From positions 16,182,001-16,246,000 of the forward strand of contig JAQFVV010000004.1 in assembly GCA_028023455.1 (NCBI GenBank): 64,000 nt of DNA, read 5' to 3'. The DNA comes from Epiperipatus broadwayi. Lineage: Eukaryota; Animalia; Onychophora. The position numbers were made by a program, and so were the translations under genes. The notes beneath the pieces were generated by a model, which was not told where the DNA came from, did not search any database, and saw only the letters and a list, made by a program, of their open reading frames with translations. Of this stretch, positions 1 to 14,486 are shown one piece after another. Every line of letters starts with the position of its first letter. Positions within the stretch are counted from its first letter, which is position 1.

Positions 1-59
1 TGTAAACACATATAATAGAAAAAAAATTCATTCACACACATATTCATTCTGCCTTTAAA

Positions 60-360
60 AAAACTCAACTGATAATTCAGTTGAGAGTCATCAGACAGCT
101 GAGAAGAAAGATAATACTGTTTCTTGATCTTAAATTCAGAGGTAAAAAAATCAACAAACTCACCATACTGGCTGAAGCTTCTTGGTGATCAATCCATTTA
201 TGTTCATATACTCTATGAATAATCACATAATAATAACAATTGCATTGACAACAACATATAGAGTGGACATTTAGGAATTTGCCCTGCTCAGTTTCTTTGT
301 CTCCAAGAGGAATCAAAGAACCTCTTTCAGTTAACAGCAAATTCCTTTCTGCAGCCATAC
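60..360 (-). mobile_element. Penelope-like element relic (degenerate GIY-YIG endonuclease segment)
   Basis: ORF 77-358 reads ...LGDKETEQGKFLNVHSICCCQCNCYYY...RVYEHK, which fits the PLE GIY-YIG pattern KD....NVVY.I.C..C..YIG...R..EH with a deletion. The DNA around RVYEH resembles family D. Confidence 0.5.
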
Positions 361-2346
361 AAAGAAATATTCATCATGTCAAACATTTGTTTTGTAGAAG
401 AAATTATGTTGACAATTACAAAAAATGTATGATGATAAATAAATGTTGAAGAATAGATAAAATAACAGAAATAATCTGTGGCATTTGTTAATATGGTACA
501 GATTTACAATTTGCATCAATAGTTGCTTATATTCTAAGTGGAATGATACAAAATTTTAAGTGTGTAGAGTTATATCAAGTTTTATGAGAGATGTTTGTGA
601 AATATATCAACTTCTTATTTACTTTTGTTACTATAAAATAACATTTATTTTTCCAGCATTGTGTTATCATTATTATCTGTAACTTTAGTATATACCATCA
701 GTAAAACTAACACAATGAATCTTTTTTTGTCTCAGTATCAACTGTTTCTTTATTTGCACAATTCATTTACATAAATATTAAACAAAATAGGAAAAATTCA
801 GCATCTCTGTTCATGCCTATTTCTTTTACTCTCAGAAATATTTATAAAATGAAATACCCTTATACAAGTTTTATAATGTACATTTTTCTTCTTATCAAAT
901 TTTCTTCTTTTCTTCTTTTTAGAATATACAACAAAATAATCTAATTCATCCTATCAAAACCTGTTTTTAAGTTCAATAAAAAATATTTCTCTTTCCTCTG
1001 CTTTCTATACATTTTTAATAATTTTCTTTAGTATTCCAACATTTCTTTTCTTTATTAATTCACATTTACTATTTGAAAATAACTAAGCATACATATTTTA
1101 CATATGGTTGAGAATTACGATAAATATAAAACCACCCACACATGAATTAATATTATCTGGGTAATAAATTATTCTGATAATGTTACCAATATTGTGTGCA
1201 TAAACTTATCATATCAATCTCAATCTATTATATAATGAAAGTCTTTCAAAACCTCTTCCAAGTATGTGCTTTTTTCCCTCTTTCAAATCATGCTTGTTTT
1301 TATATAAATTAGTTTTATATTTATGGTGAAAATATATGTCAGCACACATTGTTTTTTTTGTGTGTGTTATACATACAAGTCATGAATACTCCTTATTATC
1401 TGCTTATTAAGCCCATGAGAAGAATAACTGAAACATTGGAATTAAGAATTATTGAACTACTTAATATTTCAAAGAGACCAGGCTTATAACTGGATTAACT
1501 AAAGATAAGTTAATGTCACCTGTTATAACCACCAGAAATTGAAGTAGTTCTCACTGGGATAGAGCAATATACAAAGGATTATAAGTAAAAAGCAAAAAAA
1601 CCATTGGAGGAAATATCTATCTGCCCATTTTAGAATTTGCCCTAGTAATCCACCATAAGTTTTACAAATAGACCATTTAACCCTAAAGTGCTATTTTGAA
1701 ACCATGGGCATCTCATTATTATCATTATGATTTAGAAGTAATAGTGTCTTAAGCATAAGAATTAGCCAGAATATGACTATAAGTAACATCCTTTTGAAAA
1801 TTCATTAAAATTATGCCTGTCCATGATAGTGACTTCTCATTGATATGAAACATTGTATTATCATAATTTTGGTTAGCAATAGAATCATATTTTATTTAAT
1901 TATTGCTTTGGATGACCACATCTTATCTGATAATGATTTTAAACATGGTTTCCAGTCAACAATTTCTTTTCAAGATGATGAATGCTCCACTTCAGATACA
2001 CCATGTAGTCAAATAATGAGAAATATGATAATGAACTACAATTTTTTTATGATCTCAGTCATATTTAAATATCATTGATCTTATGTGGGCTATTCTTGTA
2101 CATGGATTAAGTTGACATCCTCTACCACAATCTCTCTTAGAGAATTATAGATTAATCTATATTATGAGCCTTAATTTTAGACAAACATTGGATCACACCA
2201 TTTTATTAAAAATATTATATTTAATTTATTTATTTTATTATCATGCAAAGTTTAGTATGATAGTTAAGTGTCATTCTCTGGAGCCAAAGTCAATGGATCA
2301 CATTTCCAGCTTCCAAACAATAAACCACTTAATTATTTTTTTTTGT

Positions 2347-2351
<5 letters not shown>

Positions 2352-2391
<40 letters not shown>

Positions 2392-2405
2392 ATATATATA
2401 TATAT
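2352..2405. repeat. Compound microsatellite (TC)n(AC)n(AT)n
   Basis: Directly visible. Confidence 0.95.
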
Positions 2406-3170
2406 CTTTGAACTAATTTGGGCAAACAATTAAGTAAGTTATAGACATCTCGTGATTGTACATTATGTGATGAGTACTGTTTGTCTCCATGATATAAGTA
2501 GTATACAAATTGAAATATACAGTGGAGCCATGGATCTAACTACAAGACTTCAATTATAAGCAAACAAAAAACCATTAAAATTTGCTGATTTATGATATTT
2601 GAGGAGCCTTTTTTTTGCCTAGCATGATATGTATAGTATTTCACATAATAAAATATTTTTTAAGAATAATGCTAAAAGTTTTACAAAATTTTAGAACATA
2701 CTTAAAGTTAATACTGACTTTAAAAACCTTAAAACAATTAGAGAGATCATAATTTCTCGATAAAGAGGTGAGTCTATTATGTTTCTATAAGAAAAAAAAA
2801 ATATTAAAAAAAAAAAAAAACGAATATCACCCAGAGCATATTTAATTTCAATAAATGCTAAATATTTCATATTTTTTAAAGAATAAAAATAGACTTCAGT
2901 AAGTTTTTTTTATTTTTCTATAAAATATATAAGTAAACATACTCTCAATAAAATGTTGTAAATGTGTCTTAATACTTACGTAAATATGTTCTTTCAATTT
3001 ATTATTGATAATTATACTATTAATTTTTAAAAATTTTGTTTATACTATAATTTTAACTTAAATATATAAAAAAAGCTAGTGTTATATATGTGTGTGTATG
3101 TTGATACACTTGCAATTCAATAAACAACATATATTTTAATATAATCAATATTTTGTCAACAAAACATGAA

Positions 3171-3299
3171 TTATTAAAACAGGCAAAACTCTCTATACAT
3201 ATTGCCATTCAGTGTAAGCCAGAGTAATCAATGGATGCCAGAATACTTTAGCTTGCACTGAGTGGCAATACGTATAGAGAGTTTTGCCTGTTTTAATAA
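3171..3299. mobile_element. Short fold-back copy of family A (terminal segment only, no hammerhead)
   Basis: Arms TTATTAAAACAGGCAAAACTCTC... and ...GAGAGTTTTGCCTGTTTTAATAA are inverted repeats of about 48 bp and match the ends of the 21.2 and 29.4 kb elements. Confidence 0.85.
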
Positions 3300-3363
3300 A
3301 AGTTATAAGCAAGCATAGGAAATGGTGATCGTGTGATGTTTATTGGCTCAAAACATGAGTTAT

Positions 3364-3452
3364 TATACACTATATACATTTGAACTGGAAGGGGGATTGA
3401 AACAATATATACTATATACATTTGAACAGGAAGGGGGCTTGAAACAAAATAT
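3364..3452. repeat. Two-copy ~42-bp tandem repeat
   Basis: CTATATACATTTGAAC(T/A)GGAAGGGGG(A/C)TTGAAACAA at 3370 and 3412. Confidence 0.85.
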
Positions 3453-3689
3453 AGCATAGTTAATGGCTCTTCTGTACTTTAAATCTGAAGAATGACATTA
3501 ATCAAAGATTAGAGATGTTGAATATAAAATTGCTAGATTTTTTTTTTCATTGTAAAAGTCAAAGAAAATTTATATTTCTCATCTCCAGTATATTAATAAT
3601 GTAAGGATACCATCATTTTATATATATTTTATTTATTTAGTATTAAATAGCTTAACAATTAACAAGATATCATAAAGAAATCTGACAAT

Positions 3690-6215
3690 CATTAACTATG
3701 AATTATAATTTTCATTTGTCCATATTTATGAAGATCAGTAGCTGATCAATTCCATGCATGAAGCAGATGGGGACAGTGATCATGAATTGTCTTGAATCTG
3801 CTGATGAAACTTGATCTTGGAATAACAAATCCAGATGCATTGTTTGTTGGATATAGAAAAAGAAAAATCTTAATAAGAATTTAATTTTTTTAATATCACA
3901 ATTTACATCATGATTGTAGATTCTTGATTGAACCACAAAGAGGATCTTGATTTGAATTGGGTCTTAAATGGTGAAATATAATGAGTTATTAGCAAGTCCA
4001 ATTTGTTTAAGAGTTTTTTTATGCAATTTGTATGAAGCATTTTTTCTTATGACATCTGGTAGAGGAATATGTGAAAAACCCAGGATATCGCTGAAAAGCA
4101 ATAGACTTAAGTGTGCCAGGAATATTTTTCATGTCAGTATTATTTTACTGAACGTGCAGAAGTTTAATTCTCTAGACACAGGCATAATATTCACCAGTAG
4201 AATATGCAAATGCTAAGGAAGTTATTCATAAAGTATTTGCATTATAATCTCAAATAATGCTAGTCAGATTTCCAAGGAGGTTATTCTTAAAAATTAATTT
4301 TGATTTGACTAAGTAAATGAGGAAAATAAGTTAGGCTACAATTTGAGGTCACCCTAAAAAATATGGGGTAGATTCATTATAAGACTATGATTATAAAATG
4401 TCATTTTCAGATTACAGATGATTCCCTATTATGTAGATGAAAAATTGAATATATTGTTTTCATTAAATTAAGAATAACACCCAGTCTTTGGAAAAAAAAA
4501 TATTTTATTGGCTTTTCTATTTAAGAAAGGGATCTTAAGTCAAAATAACAATATCAGCATAGATAAATTGTCTGCCTTTTGTAACTAGATCACTGATGAA
4601 TATATTAAATAAAGTAGATGAGAAAATCAAACTCTGTCGCAATCTGTTTTGTAAAATTTTGAATCTATCATATTTTTCTATTGGAGAACATTTTGTAAAG
4701 TGATTTTCCTGCATTTAAAATTTTTACAAACTTTTAGACCATTTTTTAAAGAGATTACATTAATAAATATAACACTATTTTTTTTTAATTTTAGGAAAGT
4801 CTTTTTCAATGTGAGTTTTTAGGAGATTAAAAACTTATTCACAAAGATTTTTTATGGCCTAAAATCAGCTTTCCCTATAAGACTCTCAACTATTGTTTTT
4901 TTGTTAATATGTCTGTTTCAAAAAACTTGTAGGAAACACGTAATAATGATATTGTGTGGTAATTTTTTGACTTATTGCTGGCTTTGTTTAAGTTTTAAGA
5001 CCATTATAGTTTTGCTTGTATACCACATTTTTTGGAATACTTTCTGTATGAAATGATGCTTCTGATTAATTCTGCCAACTATGCTTTGCCTTTAGACCTA
5101 ATTTTTTTAGAAACTCAAAAAGGCAAGTTTTAGTTAACCAATATCTATAGATGTTATCAGATTTTCTATTATAGAAACATTTTAAAGAGAAGCTTGCAAT
5201 TTTGCCCCAATGATATTTTTCATCATTCTATCAATCCTGGGTTTAAAAGTCTAATACATATCTCTCTTAGAGATATTTTTAAATCTATCAAATTTTCATA
5301 AATGTGTTCAGGTCTTATGACAAGTTCCTATGAAATTTTGTTTTTTATTGAGCTCTCTTTGTTTTTCTTTTTTGACAACATTCTATGATTTTATAATCAG
5401 CAACTTATGCATCTCTGAAGACAAAAATCAGCTGTAAGAAGCACTGCTAGTTGTATTCCAACCTGGAAGAATTGCTTAATATATTTATTGAATGAATTCC
5501 CTGGCAGCTATTATTAAGAGTTTGTTATCGTAGTAACAGATAATTGGGGAGATTATTTATATTTTTTCCAAGATATCCATTGTATTGATTCCAGTTAGCT
5601 TTTCCTGAATTTATTGTGGGATAGGATAACTTTCAATTATAGGAATGCAGATTCCAAGAATGATTTAACTTGTTTTATCTTGGTCATAGGAAAATGTTCT
5701 AATATCATTAGTTCAGCAGGTAATAGTGAACCAAGTTTTGCAAAAACATAAATCGGGAGTTGTCCTGTTCTTCATCTGCCTGAATGGAATGTTTCTCCTT
5801 GTTCAGCATCATAAAGTAAATATATGTTGTTAAACTTGATCCATTTTAACAAATTGGCAATCTGCTGGCTCCCATCTCTTATAAATATAAATATTATAGG
5901 AATATTTGGAAGCAGATCGGAAAGTTTGTAAACATTGTATTTATAAAAAATATTTATCCCGAATAATAACTGCAATATCATTGAACTATCTTCTATAGAA
6001 ATTATTTGACAAATTAGAAACAAAAGTAAGCACACCATAAAAATGCATTCTATCATTAAACAATATAAATCCAGGAATTTTAATGTGTGTATTATTAGAA
6101 AGCATGAATACTCTCTTGAAGTATAATTACATCAATGTTGTTCTTAACAATTAATTTGATCTCTATTTTTATTTTTGATACACCATCAATGTTAAGTTGA
6201 AGTAACTTCATTGTG
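3690..6215 (-). mobile_element. Decayed near-full-length non-LTR retrotransposon ORF (APE endonuclease + RT)
   Basis: Minus-strand motifs in the expected order: MKLLQLNIDGVSK...IDVIILQE (APE start), NVYK, LLKWIKFNNIYLLYDAEQGETFHSGR, NYHTISLLRVSYKFFE (RT NYRPISLL), KADFRP (QAGFR). Many stops and frameshifts. Confidence 0.8.
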
Positions 6216-6439
6216 TTTCCTAGGTAAAAAAAAAAAAAATTGCTCTGTAGAGGGTATATTTTGCTCTTGAGGATTTCATGGCTGTTAACACGTTTTATTT
6301 TTTTCACTTTAAGAGCCTAGAGTCCTATCCCCCTAGTCCTATTGCAGTTAACTCTCATAATGCCACATGAATTATATATTTTTATAACGTAATCTCTTAT
6401 ATCAGGAATTCGTGACTGATTTCTATGTGGAGACTAGTT

Positions 6440-6482
6440 TGAGAAACTAATGCATATTATTGAGAAACTAATGCATATTATT
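6440..6482. repeat. 21-bp tandem duplication
   Basis: GAGAAACTAATGCATATTATT twice. Confidence 0.9.
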
Positions 6483-7626
6483 TAAAAAGATGGGTCATGG
6501 GAAAGCTATTGTCCATCCTTTCCTATTATTTTAGACAATTGTCAATAATTCTCATAATCTAAAATGTAACAAGTTAACTTTTTTTATATGTAAAATTCAT
6601 TCAAACTTATCTATGCAATCAGTACAGGACTGTTTTTTCTTTTTTTAAATAATGGATGCAAATCGGTAGCTTCCCATGCTAATGAATATATATATATTAA
6701 GTTCTCTTATCAAAAGCAGATTTAGGTTCTATAGAATAGGATATTATATTTAGGCCAAATAATAACACATGATCATGATCAGTCATGGTGGTTATTTGCT
6801 ATTGTTTGTCACCCCCTAACGAATATAGAGCTTAACTTAAACTTTAATAATCTCTACTATAGTCTAATTATTGTATCCTATTGCCTAGAACGTAAATCTG
6901 TTTTTGATCAGAAAACTTAATAGATATATTCCTATCTTCGTAGGAGACTACTGATTGGCATGATTATTAATAAATAAAAAAAACACTCCTGTATTGCATA
7001 GAAAAACAACATTAAATCTAAAAAGTAACAAGTTACTTTTATTTTTTTAGATTATGAGAATTATTAACATTCAGTAATATATAGACTACAAATCATGTCA
7101 GTGAAATACAATTTTTTAAGTTATGAATTTATTTTCGGATCTTCGAAGACTATAATTTGAGTCAGATGGATGGGAGGTTGTTGTTTTTTTTTTTTAAAAA
7201 AAAAGAAAGATATAGAACCACAAGATGTGGGAATTAATATATATACACTGTTGTGTTAAATTTGAAATATATAAATTTAAAAATATTAACTGAACAAAAA
7301 TCTAACATTCAAAGTTTTTTATTACTTTCACTATCTTTGGCTAGATAGTTATACATGTTCTCATTTTTCTGAATTAAAAACATACACCAATTGTTGTATG
7401 AAAACTAAACAAACACTGTCCTGATCTTTTTTGACAAGAAATCCAGGTCTGCGTTAAAAATGGCTTCAATGCCTCATTGTATTGTTCCAATACTAATATT
7501 TGCTCAGCATTAAGAAAAGTTTGCATAGCTATTTTTACCCTTCTTTCCCTTTTAATGTATAATAGACTAATCCGTCCTTTGCCAATAGTTTGTTTCTTTG
7601 CAATATTTAATGATTATCTTCCCTAG

Positions 7627-7883
7627 GGTAGCGACAGACCTTGGACCCAATTTTCGCTGTACCATTCTAATGACAACTTTGCTGACAACAGATTTTAGCT
7701 GGCAGAGTGTGAATAAGGGGTAAGGATGACCTCCTTCTGTGCTTCATTCTTAACCACAGGAGGGCGCAGCATGAATGATGAGCTTAGTGAATGGACATCA
7801 TTCTTACAGAGTCGCATTGAGTACGCTCCTGCTGACCATATACCCTGCCGTTCACCCTTCATTCTCTTTCCTGCATGCAATAT
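7627..7883. other. GC/CpG-retaining unique segment with candidate short exon(s) of an unidentified host gene
   Basis: Plus: ccctag|7627-7719|gtaagg, 93 nt, open in one frame. Minus: cttag|7883-7808|gtaaga and gccag|7698-7640|gtctgt, each open in one frame. No family recognised and strand unresolved. Confidence 0.3.
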
Positions 7884-8798
7884 CTAAGCAGGGAGGAATT
7901 TATTCATTGTGCCAGAGAAAATGAAAGGGTTTCTTTCTCTTTTTTAAACTCCTAAATGAAGCTGTGAATAATAGAATTCTCCCATAGCTTTTACAAAATT
8001 TAGATGATTTTTCAAAAAGTGAACACATTATATGGAAAAGTTTGATTTTTCTAAAAAAAAAAAAAAAAGAAGTCAGTATATTTTCATTTCTTTCATTATT
8101 ATTTCATTGTTTAGAAATGTATGTATGTTTATACATATTTAAGATGTGTACCTGTTTGAATAGACCTTCATTTATATCGTCTCTGTACCTCTCTCTCTCT
8201 ATCTATTAAAATGTTCATATATATATGTTGATAGCAAATTTTGATTTTTAAAATTGCGAATAAGATATAACTGATCATACCATAATATAATTGTTTTGTC
8301 TGGTACGTTTACAAAATCATAAGTTAGATGTTTTGTTATCAATTAATTTTTATTAGTTATATTTATATGCAATGTGTAGAAATGCACTTGTGCTAAAAAA
8401 ATTTATATCTCAAACATGTTTTATTATTTTTGATTATTTTGTTCAGTAAATCAATTTTTATACATATAGTCTTGATTTAGTAAATTTACGCAAGGATTTG
8501 TAAATTTGTTTTATTTTCAATTATTAAGTTAACTACTTATTTTTGCTCCCTCTCTTTTTTTTTTTTTTTAAAAAAAGGGCAACCAATCAGTTAAATGAAT
8601 CAGCGTAATTTTATTCACGATATTTTATACAAGTTAAATAGTGTAGATACTAAATATATCTTGAACTAATGTGGTGTTTCACTTGTATTTATTGTCTGTC
8701 CACTTGAAATTATTTTATAATAGAGCATTTCAGATAATTTATTCAATTATTACTCTATTATTTTATTAAAGATAATTTTGAATACGTAGATGTTTTGA

Positions 8799-8986
8799 AA
8801 TATATAGGGTATATGAGCACAGACTTTCAGATGACCCATCACTCTCCACTCTATCTAATAACACCGATACACTCAAGCACACATATGCAGAAAAGATAAA
8901 TAATCACCAACATACGTATTTCATGCTAAACCAGCAATCATCACTTGGTCCAGATTATCATCTCCCACACATATATACTATAAGTG
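8799..8986 (+). mobile_element. Family D fragment (non-autonomous PLE-derived repeat)
   Basis: High identity to 62382-62560 and to the reverse complement of 63100-63290. Confidence 0.85.
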
Positions 8987-10319
8987 AATTTTTTTTTTTT
9001 TCCAATAAATTAGCATGAAGTTCATTTGAAAAAAAAAAAGAGAATAAAAACATCCACGTTTTAAAGGCTATGTATGCAACTGATAACCTCAAAGTATCAT
9101 CTCCCAAAAGTTTTTATTGATCAATATACTTTAAATGCAATTAAAAGGTAGTAAACAATAATTCAAAATTATATTATGTTCATGTCTAAAGTAGAGTTTT
9201 ATAACTAGAGCATGGTTTTAATCACATTTTACTGAAATTTAATTTACGAAGGAAATAGATTATGTGCATGTGTTAGAATACAGGTGAACTACATTTCTTA
9301 ATGAAAATACCTCTTTTATTAATGTAGTGTATGTGTTTGCATTATAGAAGGACTAATAGCATAGTGATTAGTGCATCAATTTATCTTACTCATGACATTT
9401 GAAGCTCAAAAATTTTTCAGATGATAGTTATTTTTCAGGTATTCAATCTACAATTAGCCAATTTAACCATCCCTTTATTGATCGCTATATGCATAGGTCT
9501 AACTATTATAATAATATTAAAACATTTCTTTACATAGTCAAAGTAATGCCATATAGTGTTTTTATTACATTTTTAAAGTCACTTGTTTCAATAATGCAAC
9601 AGATTTCATCAGAGCTGCTTTCTTTCTACCTTTAAACATTCAAATTAAACTAGTGCTTTTAGAATTTATAAATGGAAAGAAAAAAAAAGTTCTGAAGAAA
9701 ACCGTTGTTTAGTTAATACTTGGATTGAAAAATTTAAGAAAAACATTATATTGCATTACATTCAGCATGTAATGGAGTGTTTTAATATAATTTTTGTTTG
9801 TATTAGAATTAATATAGTCATTGTAGAAAACTTAATGGAAGAAAGTGAGCAATATTTATATATTCTTATGGTACAAACTATAGGGGTATCAGAGATGATA
9901 GCGATAAATTAGCATTAGAAGTAAATAATAAGCAACAGATAATTGATCAAATATAACACTCCCAGAAATATTCATCAATACTCAAGAATTAACAATCACC
10001 CTGTATGACAGAATTTAAAGGAAATCACATCTAAGAAAATCATCGTCTAACCAACATATTATAAGGTAATCATTAACATTTTCGTCTTCATACATATACA
10101 TAAGTGCTAAAATGTCTATAAAATAATTCTATATCAAAAATTCTAGTTTCATTGTGTGATTATCATTATTGCCCTGGGACATCAGCTACTTGGAGTGTAC
10201 TGACACTCTCTAAACTAATAAAGAGTGAAAAATAAGTTTACATTAAAGGGGACTTCCATGACCTTATCACATCCAAATAATTCCACAGATAACTATCTCA
10301 ATGTCCATATATATATATT

Positions 10320-10680
10320 TGATGGAACGCAGATTAATTTTAGGTCAACATGGGTGTGACAAGAATCTCGGTCTCAGGGTGGCCTTTGAGCGTTCCATCC
10401 GATTTTCAATTGGATGGGTGGTTGAAGAGTTGGAGTGTGGAGTGGATTAAAGCCTGTCCATGGAGGTATGAAGATTGGCTATCTTAATATATATCTGAGC
10501 ACTTATTGCATATATGTGTAGAGATGAAAATCTAGACCAACTGATGATTGCTGGTTTACATGAAATACATATATTGGTGATTATTTATCTTTTCGACATA
10601 TATGTGTTCAAGTGTATGAGTGATATGAGATAGAGTGGTGGGTCATGTGAAAGTCTGTGCTTATGTACTCTATATATAAA
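10320..10680 (-). mobile_element. Family D copy
   Basis: The reverse complement aligns to 62385-62720, including GGCCACCCTGAG(A/G)CCGAGATTCTTGTCACACCCATG. Confidence 0.85.
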
Positions 10681-13071
10681 CAATTGTTTAGTAAATGTAT
10701 AAAGAATAAAAAAATACTTTATAAATGATAATGTGACAAACCCTAAGTTTGATTAATGCTATCCATGCAATTCACCTATAATTTCATATAACAAATATTA
10801 TTTCCTCCTGATCCTTCTCATTTAATATTTCATCTAAATGAATAATCAAATTCTAGAAAAAATATTTTACAATAAAAATTTTAATTTGAATTTTCCTCCT
10901 CTTTTTTCTTTTGACAATGAAGATATTTCTATATAATCTTAACCTAGTAAAAAAAAAACAACCTTTCAACAAAATTACTAAAAAAAAAATTGTTTAATAT
11001 TTTTACCTATTTATTATTTTTATAAATTAACTTTAATAAATGTAGATGTACACACTGCAATATCTTATCTCACTGTTAATTGCTTAGTTGAGTGTATCTT
11101 CTTGTAAACTTTTTCAGGTATTAGTTTACTTAATCTCTTGACTTTGTTTTTATAGCCTTCTTAATAGTTATTTTCACCCTTTGAGCTTATTCTGTTTTTT
11201 TTTTGTTGTTGTTCTTGTTGTTGTTGTTGTTACTCCAGGTTTCCAGTATAACAATTATTTTCATTTTATATTAGCTTTTCTTCTTCTTTTTTTTGTATCT
11301 TCAGGTTTCAGTTTAACAATTATTTTCATTTCAAATTAAGACAAGTTGAGATGGCATGATTTTGGATAGACCAATGCATAAGGCTTGTTGAAAGTCTCTT
11401 AGGAATAATTCTTTTAGACATTCCTTTTAGTGAAATTGATTACATAATTGGGTCAGTAATGTTCAGTTTTGAACAAGAGATTAACATATGTTTTTTGTAA
11501 ATTTTATGATCTTATATTGCCTTGCAAACATTTGATTTTTTTAAAACTTAAAGTGAAATCAATTCCGGATCGGACTTCCAAGCTTAGCTTCTGATCCTGA
11601 ACTCACCACTACTGAACTCTACTGAATTATACTATCCACCCTTTTATTTTTTTAAAAAATAACGCTGATATCAATCTTCTATCTAATCATATAACTACCT
11701 TAGAAATTATTATATTAAATCTTGATCAATTGGATTTTTTTTTTTAGAAGAAAGATTATCTTTTTAAAAAACTTCTATATATGCATAAATTGATAAACAA
11801 TTTTTAATTTTTTCAGAGATAAATCTATTACCCCCCCCCTTTTTTTAAATTTATACATTAATTCATAAATAACTTTTCATTTCTTTAAAGATAAAGATCT
11901 TTCTTCTTGTCTTTTTATTTTCAAAAATAATATATCTATAAATAAAACTACTCAAGAATTTTTTTTTTTTACTGTTTGCAGCTATACTTAATAAAAATGA
12001 AATATTTGTATTATTAATAAATTGTCTTAAATTTTGTCACATGATCATTTCATATTGGTAAATTTTTGAATAAGTATAACTGAATTAAATTCCTACTTAG
12101 CAAATAGACTATCCTACAGCTACATGAGAAGAAAAAAATTTCTCATTATATGTAATAACTACTTTGATCTAGAAAAAGCTGAAGAAAATTGCAAAATTGT
12201 CATCATTAGTTATTTGATTAGTCTTAATCATATTATTATACAATGTGTTATTTAAAACTATATATGCAACAATATCCTTCTATAAGAATTAATGCAACTT
12301 AATTATATAAGTATAACTACCTAAAATAATTCACATAAATACAACACGATTTGATTTTTTTTAGCAGTCACTCTAGTGAAAAGGCTAGTGTAACATCTCA
12401 CTAATTGGGCTCAAATAAATGTTTTCTAATTCTGGTTCAATAAAGCAATGATTAAACTCATGACAGTATGCTACAAATTATTTTAAGACAACTTCTACAG
12501 AAATGACATGAATTATAGTGGGAATTTTATTTTGTTTTGACCCAACTTGTTTGTAAATTTACTCTTAATAAAGGCTTAGTTAAAGTAACATCCAATAAAA
12601 GAGATCCTATTAATATTTAAATTAATTACAAACTATATTAAATTATTAAAAACACATTCAATATTAAATATGATTCTAATTTATTTTGAATTAACTTATA
12701 AAGAATATTTTTTTATAAATATCACTTAAAATAAATTTCTTTATTTAAAAAGGGTATCATTTTCTCTGAGAATTATAATTAATGTAATTGTATAAGAAAA
12801 ACTAAAAATAAAATAACATTTTGCTTCAATCAGTTTTGAGATGATCATATAAAAATAGAATGAAAAATGGTTATCATTGGAAATTTTAAAGGACAAATTG
12901 TTACCCAAGTTTCAAAGAAAAAGAATTTCCATAGTGTTTATCAGAATTTATTTATTATATCAAGTGGGAAGCTTCTGACAATCATAATTTTCATTATCAA
13001 GAGTCAAATATTAATTCCATTTTTTTGCTTCTTTTTTGCTTTCAAAAATAATTAATTATATTTTCTTTATA

Positions 13072-13990
13072 CACCTGGGTCTCATTTAATGCGGATTATT
13101 TTAATACGATTTTGAAGTTATGCGATTCATGTTTCTTCTTAATATCCTTCGTATTTCACTATATTTATTAGATATCAAGAAATTTAAATTATTAATAACT
13201 TATTTTGACTTGAAATACTTTTTTTTTTTTTCAAAAATATAACGTCATATTAGCAGCTTACGTGAATATGGCCTGAAGCTGTATTTAGAATCTTAGCTTC
13301 TATGTAAATAACTTACTTATACTAATGAGTAAATAATAATAATAGATTTATACGTACTTATAAAAATATCACAATAAATATTCAAAAATTTTAAACTTTT
13401 AAAATGTATTTTGTTAGATATTAACAGAAATAAATATTTTTTTAGATTTTTAAAATAAATAATAATGAAGATTTTATTGATTTTATAAACTGAAAATAAT
13501 CTTTCTAATGATAATGTATAATCTTCTTGTTTTGATTGCGATCTCATTTTTAATATAGAAACAGAAAACCATAATTGTTGAGAGATTCTTGACTCCATTT
13601 AAGGAGAATCTACAGTACATCACATCAGAGCGAATCTGATTTCTTACTAGTTCACAAATGAATGCATATTGTAAAATAGTGGTAATGATTAAAATATGTA
13701 TGAAAAAATGTAAAATTAAATAATATAGTTAATAAAAAAGTAAAAAAAGTTTGTCTTATATTAATTTTTTTCATATATTTGAAATTTTTTATTAGTCATA
13801 CTTTATTTCCTTATTTTTTTAATGTGAATTTAAAGTAATTTTTCCTTATTGCTTTGATTTTATGCCAATTTCTGAAAATTATGGGAACCTATATTCCATT
13901 TTTCAAGATAAGTTACGTTTATTTTTGTGCGATTTTTTTTATGCGCATTTTCTGAGGAACCTATCTACCACATAAAATGAGACCCAGGTG
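13072..13990. mobile_element. pogo/Tigger-like (Tc1/mariner superfamily) non-autonomous element
   Basis: TIRs CACCTGGGTCTCATTT(A/T)ATG(C/T)GG at both ends with TA target duplication (13070-71, 13991-92). 919 bp. A possible transposase C-terminal remnant lies on the minus strand at 13480-13620. Confidence 0.85.
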
Positions 13991-14486
13991 TATTTAATAT
14001 GTATAATAGGAAACAACTTTTTTTTTTAATTTTTGAAATGTATAACATGGATTACATATTCTCTTAACAAATATTGTTTTATTATTTTTTTTATTAATCG
14101 GTTTGCTTTTCTGAAATAGTTAATAAATATTTTATTTGGAATAGCAACAAAAGGGTATTTTGAATTATCCATTTTACAACTTTTAAATGTATTTTTCATT
14201 GTTTTAATTTTCATTATATTAGTAATAGAATATTGTGAAAATAGTTCTGACATTTCTTTATAACATTAGTTTCTATTTAAAATATTAGGTCCTGATTTAA
14301 AAGTGATAGTAGAAAATCTAAATTAAAATAGGATCCCAAAAAGAGAATTATTTTCATAGATCAAAGAAATAATATATAATAATAATAATATAGCTTCCTT
14401 TTATCTGATCCCATCTATTAATACATAAATATTTAAAATAATTATTTAAAAATATATCATCCAAATCTTGGTATTTATGTAATTAT

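Noticed and set aside
64-99. Minus-strand CTGATGA followed by a 9-bp hairpin as a hammerhead
   Set aside because: No GAAA, stem III or stem I' follows; at most a truncated half motif.
77-358. Host exon ending at a good donor (ATG|gtgagt at 164)
   Set aside because: The peptide is better explained as a degenerate Penelope GIY-YIG remnant and the DNA resembles family D. Only RNA-seq could rescue an exon interpretation.
1430-2330. Moderately GC-richer stretch resembling a decayed retroelement
   Set aside because: No diagnostic motif could be read in any frame.
7640-7850. TTLLT / RVALSTLLLT as a Cys-loop channel TM2
   Set aside because: Flanking residues and exon structure do not fit; the similarity is too short to support a name.
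11040-11660. Possible CR1/L2 ORF1 (PHD-like CIGLSK) with (GTT)n and a ~65-bp direct repeat
   Set aside because: A single weak motif with no linked ORF2.
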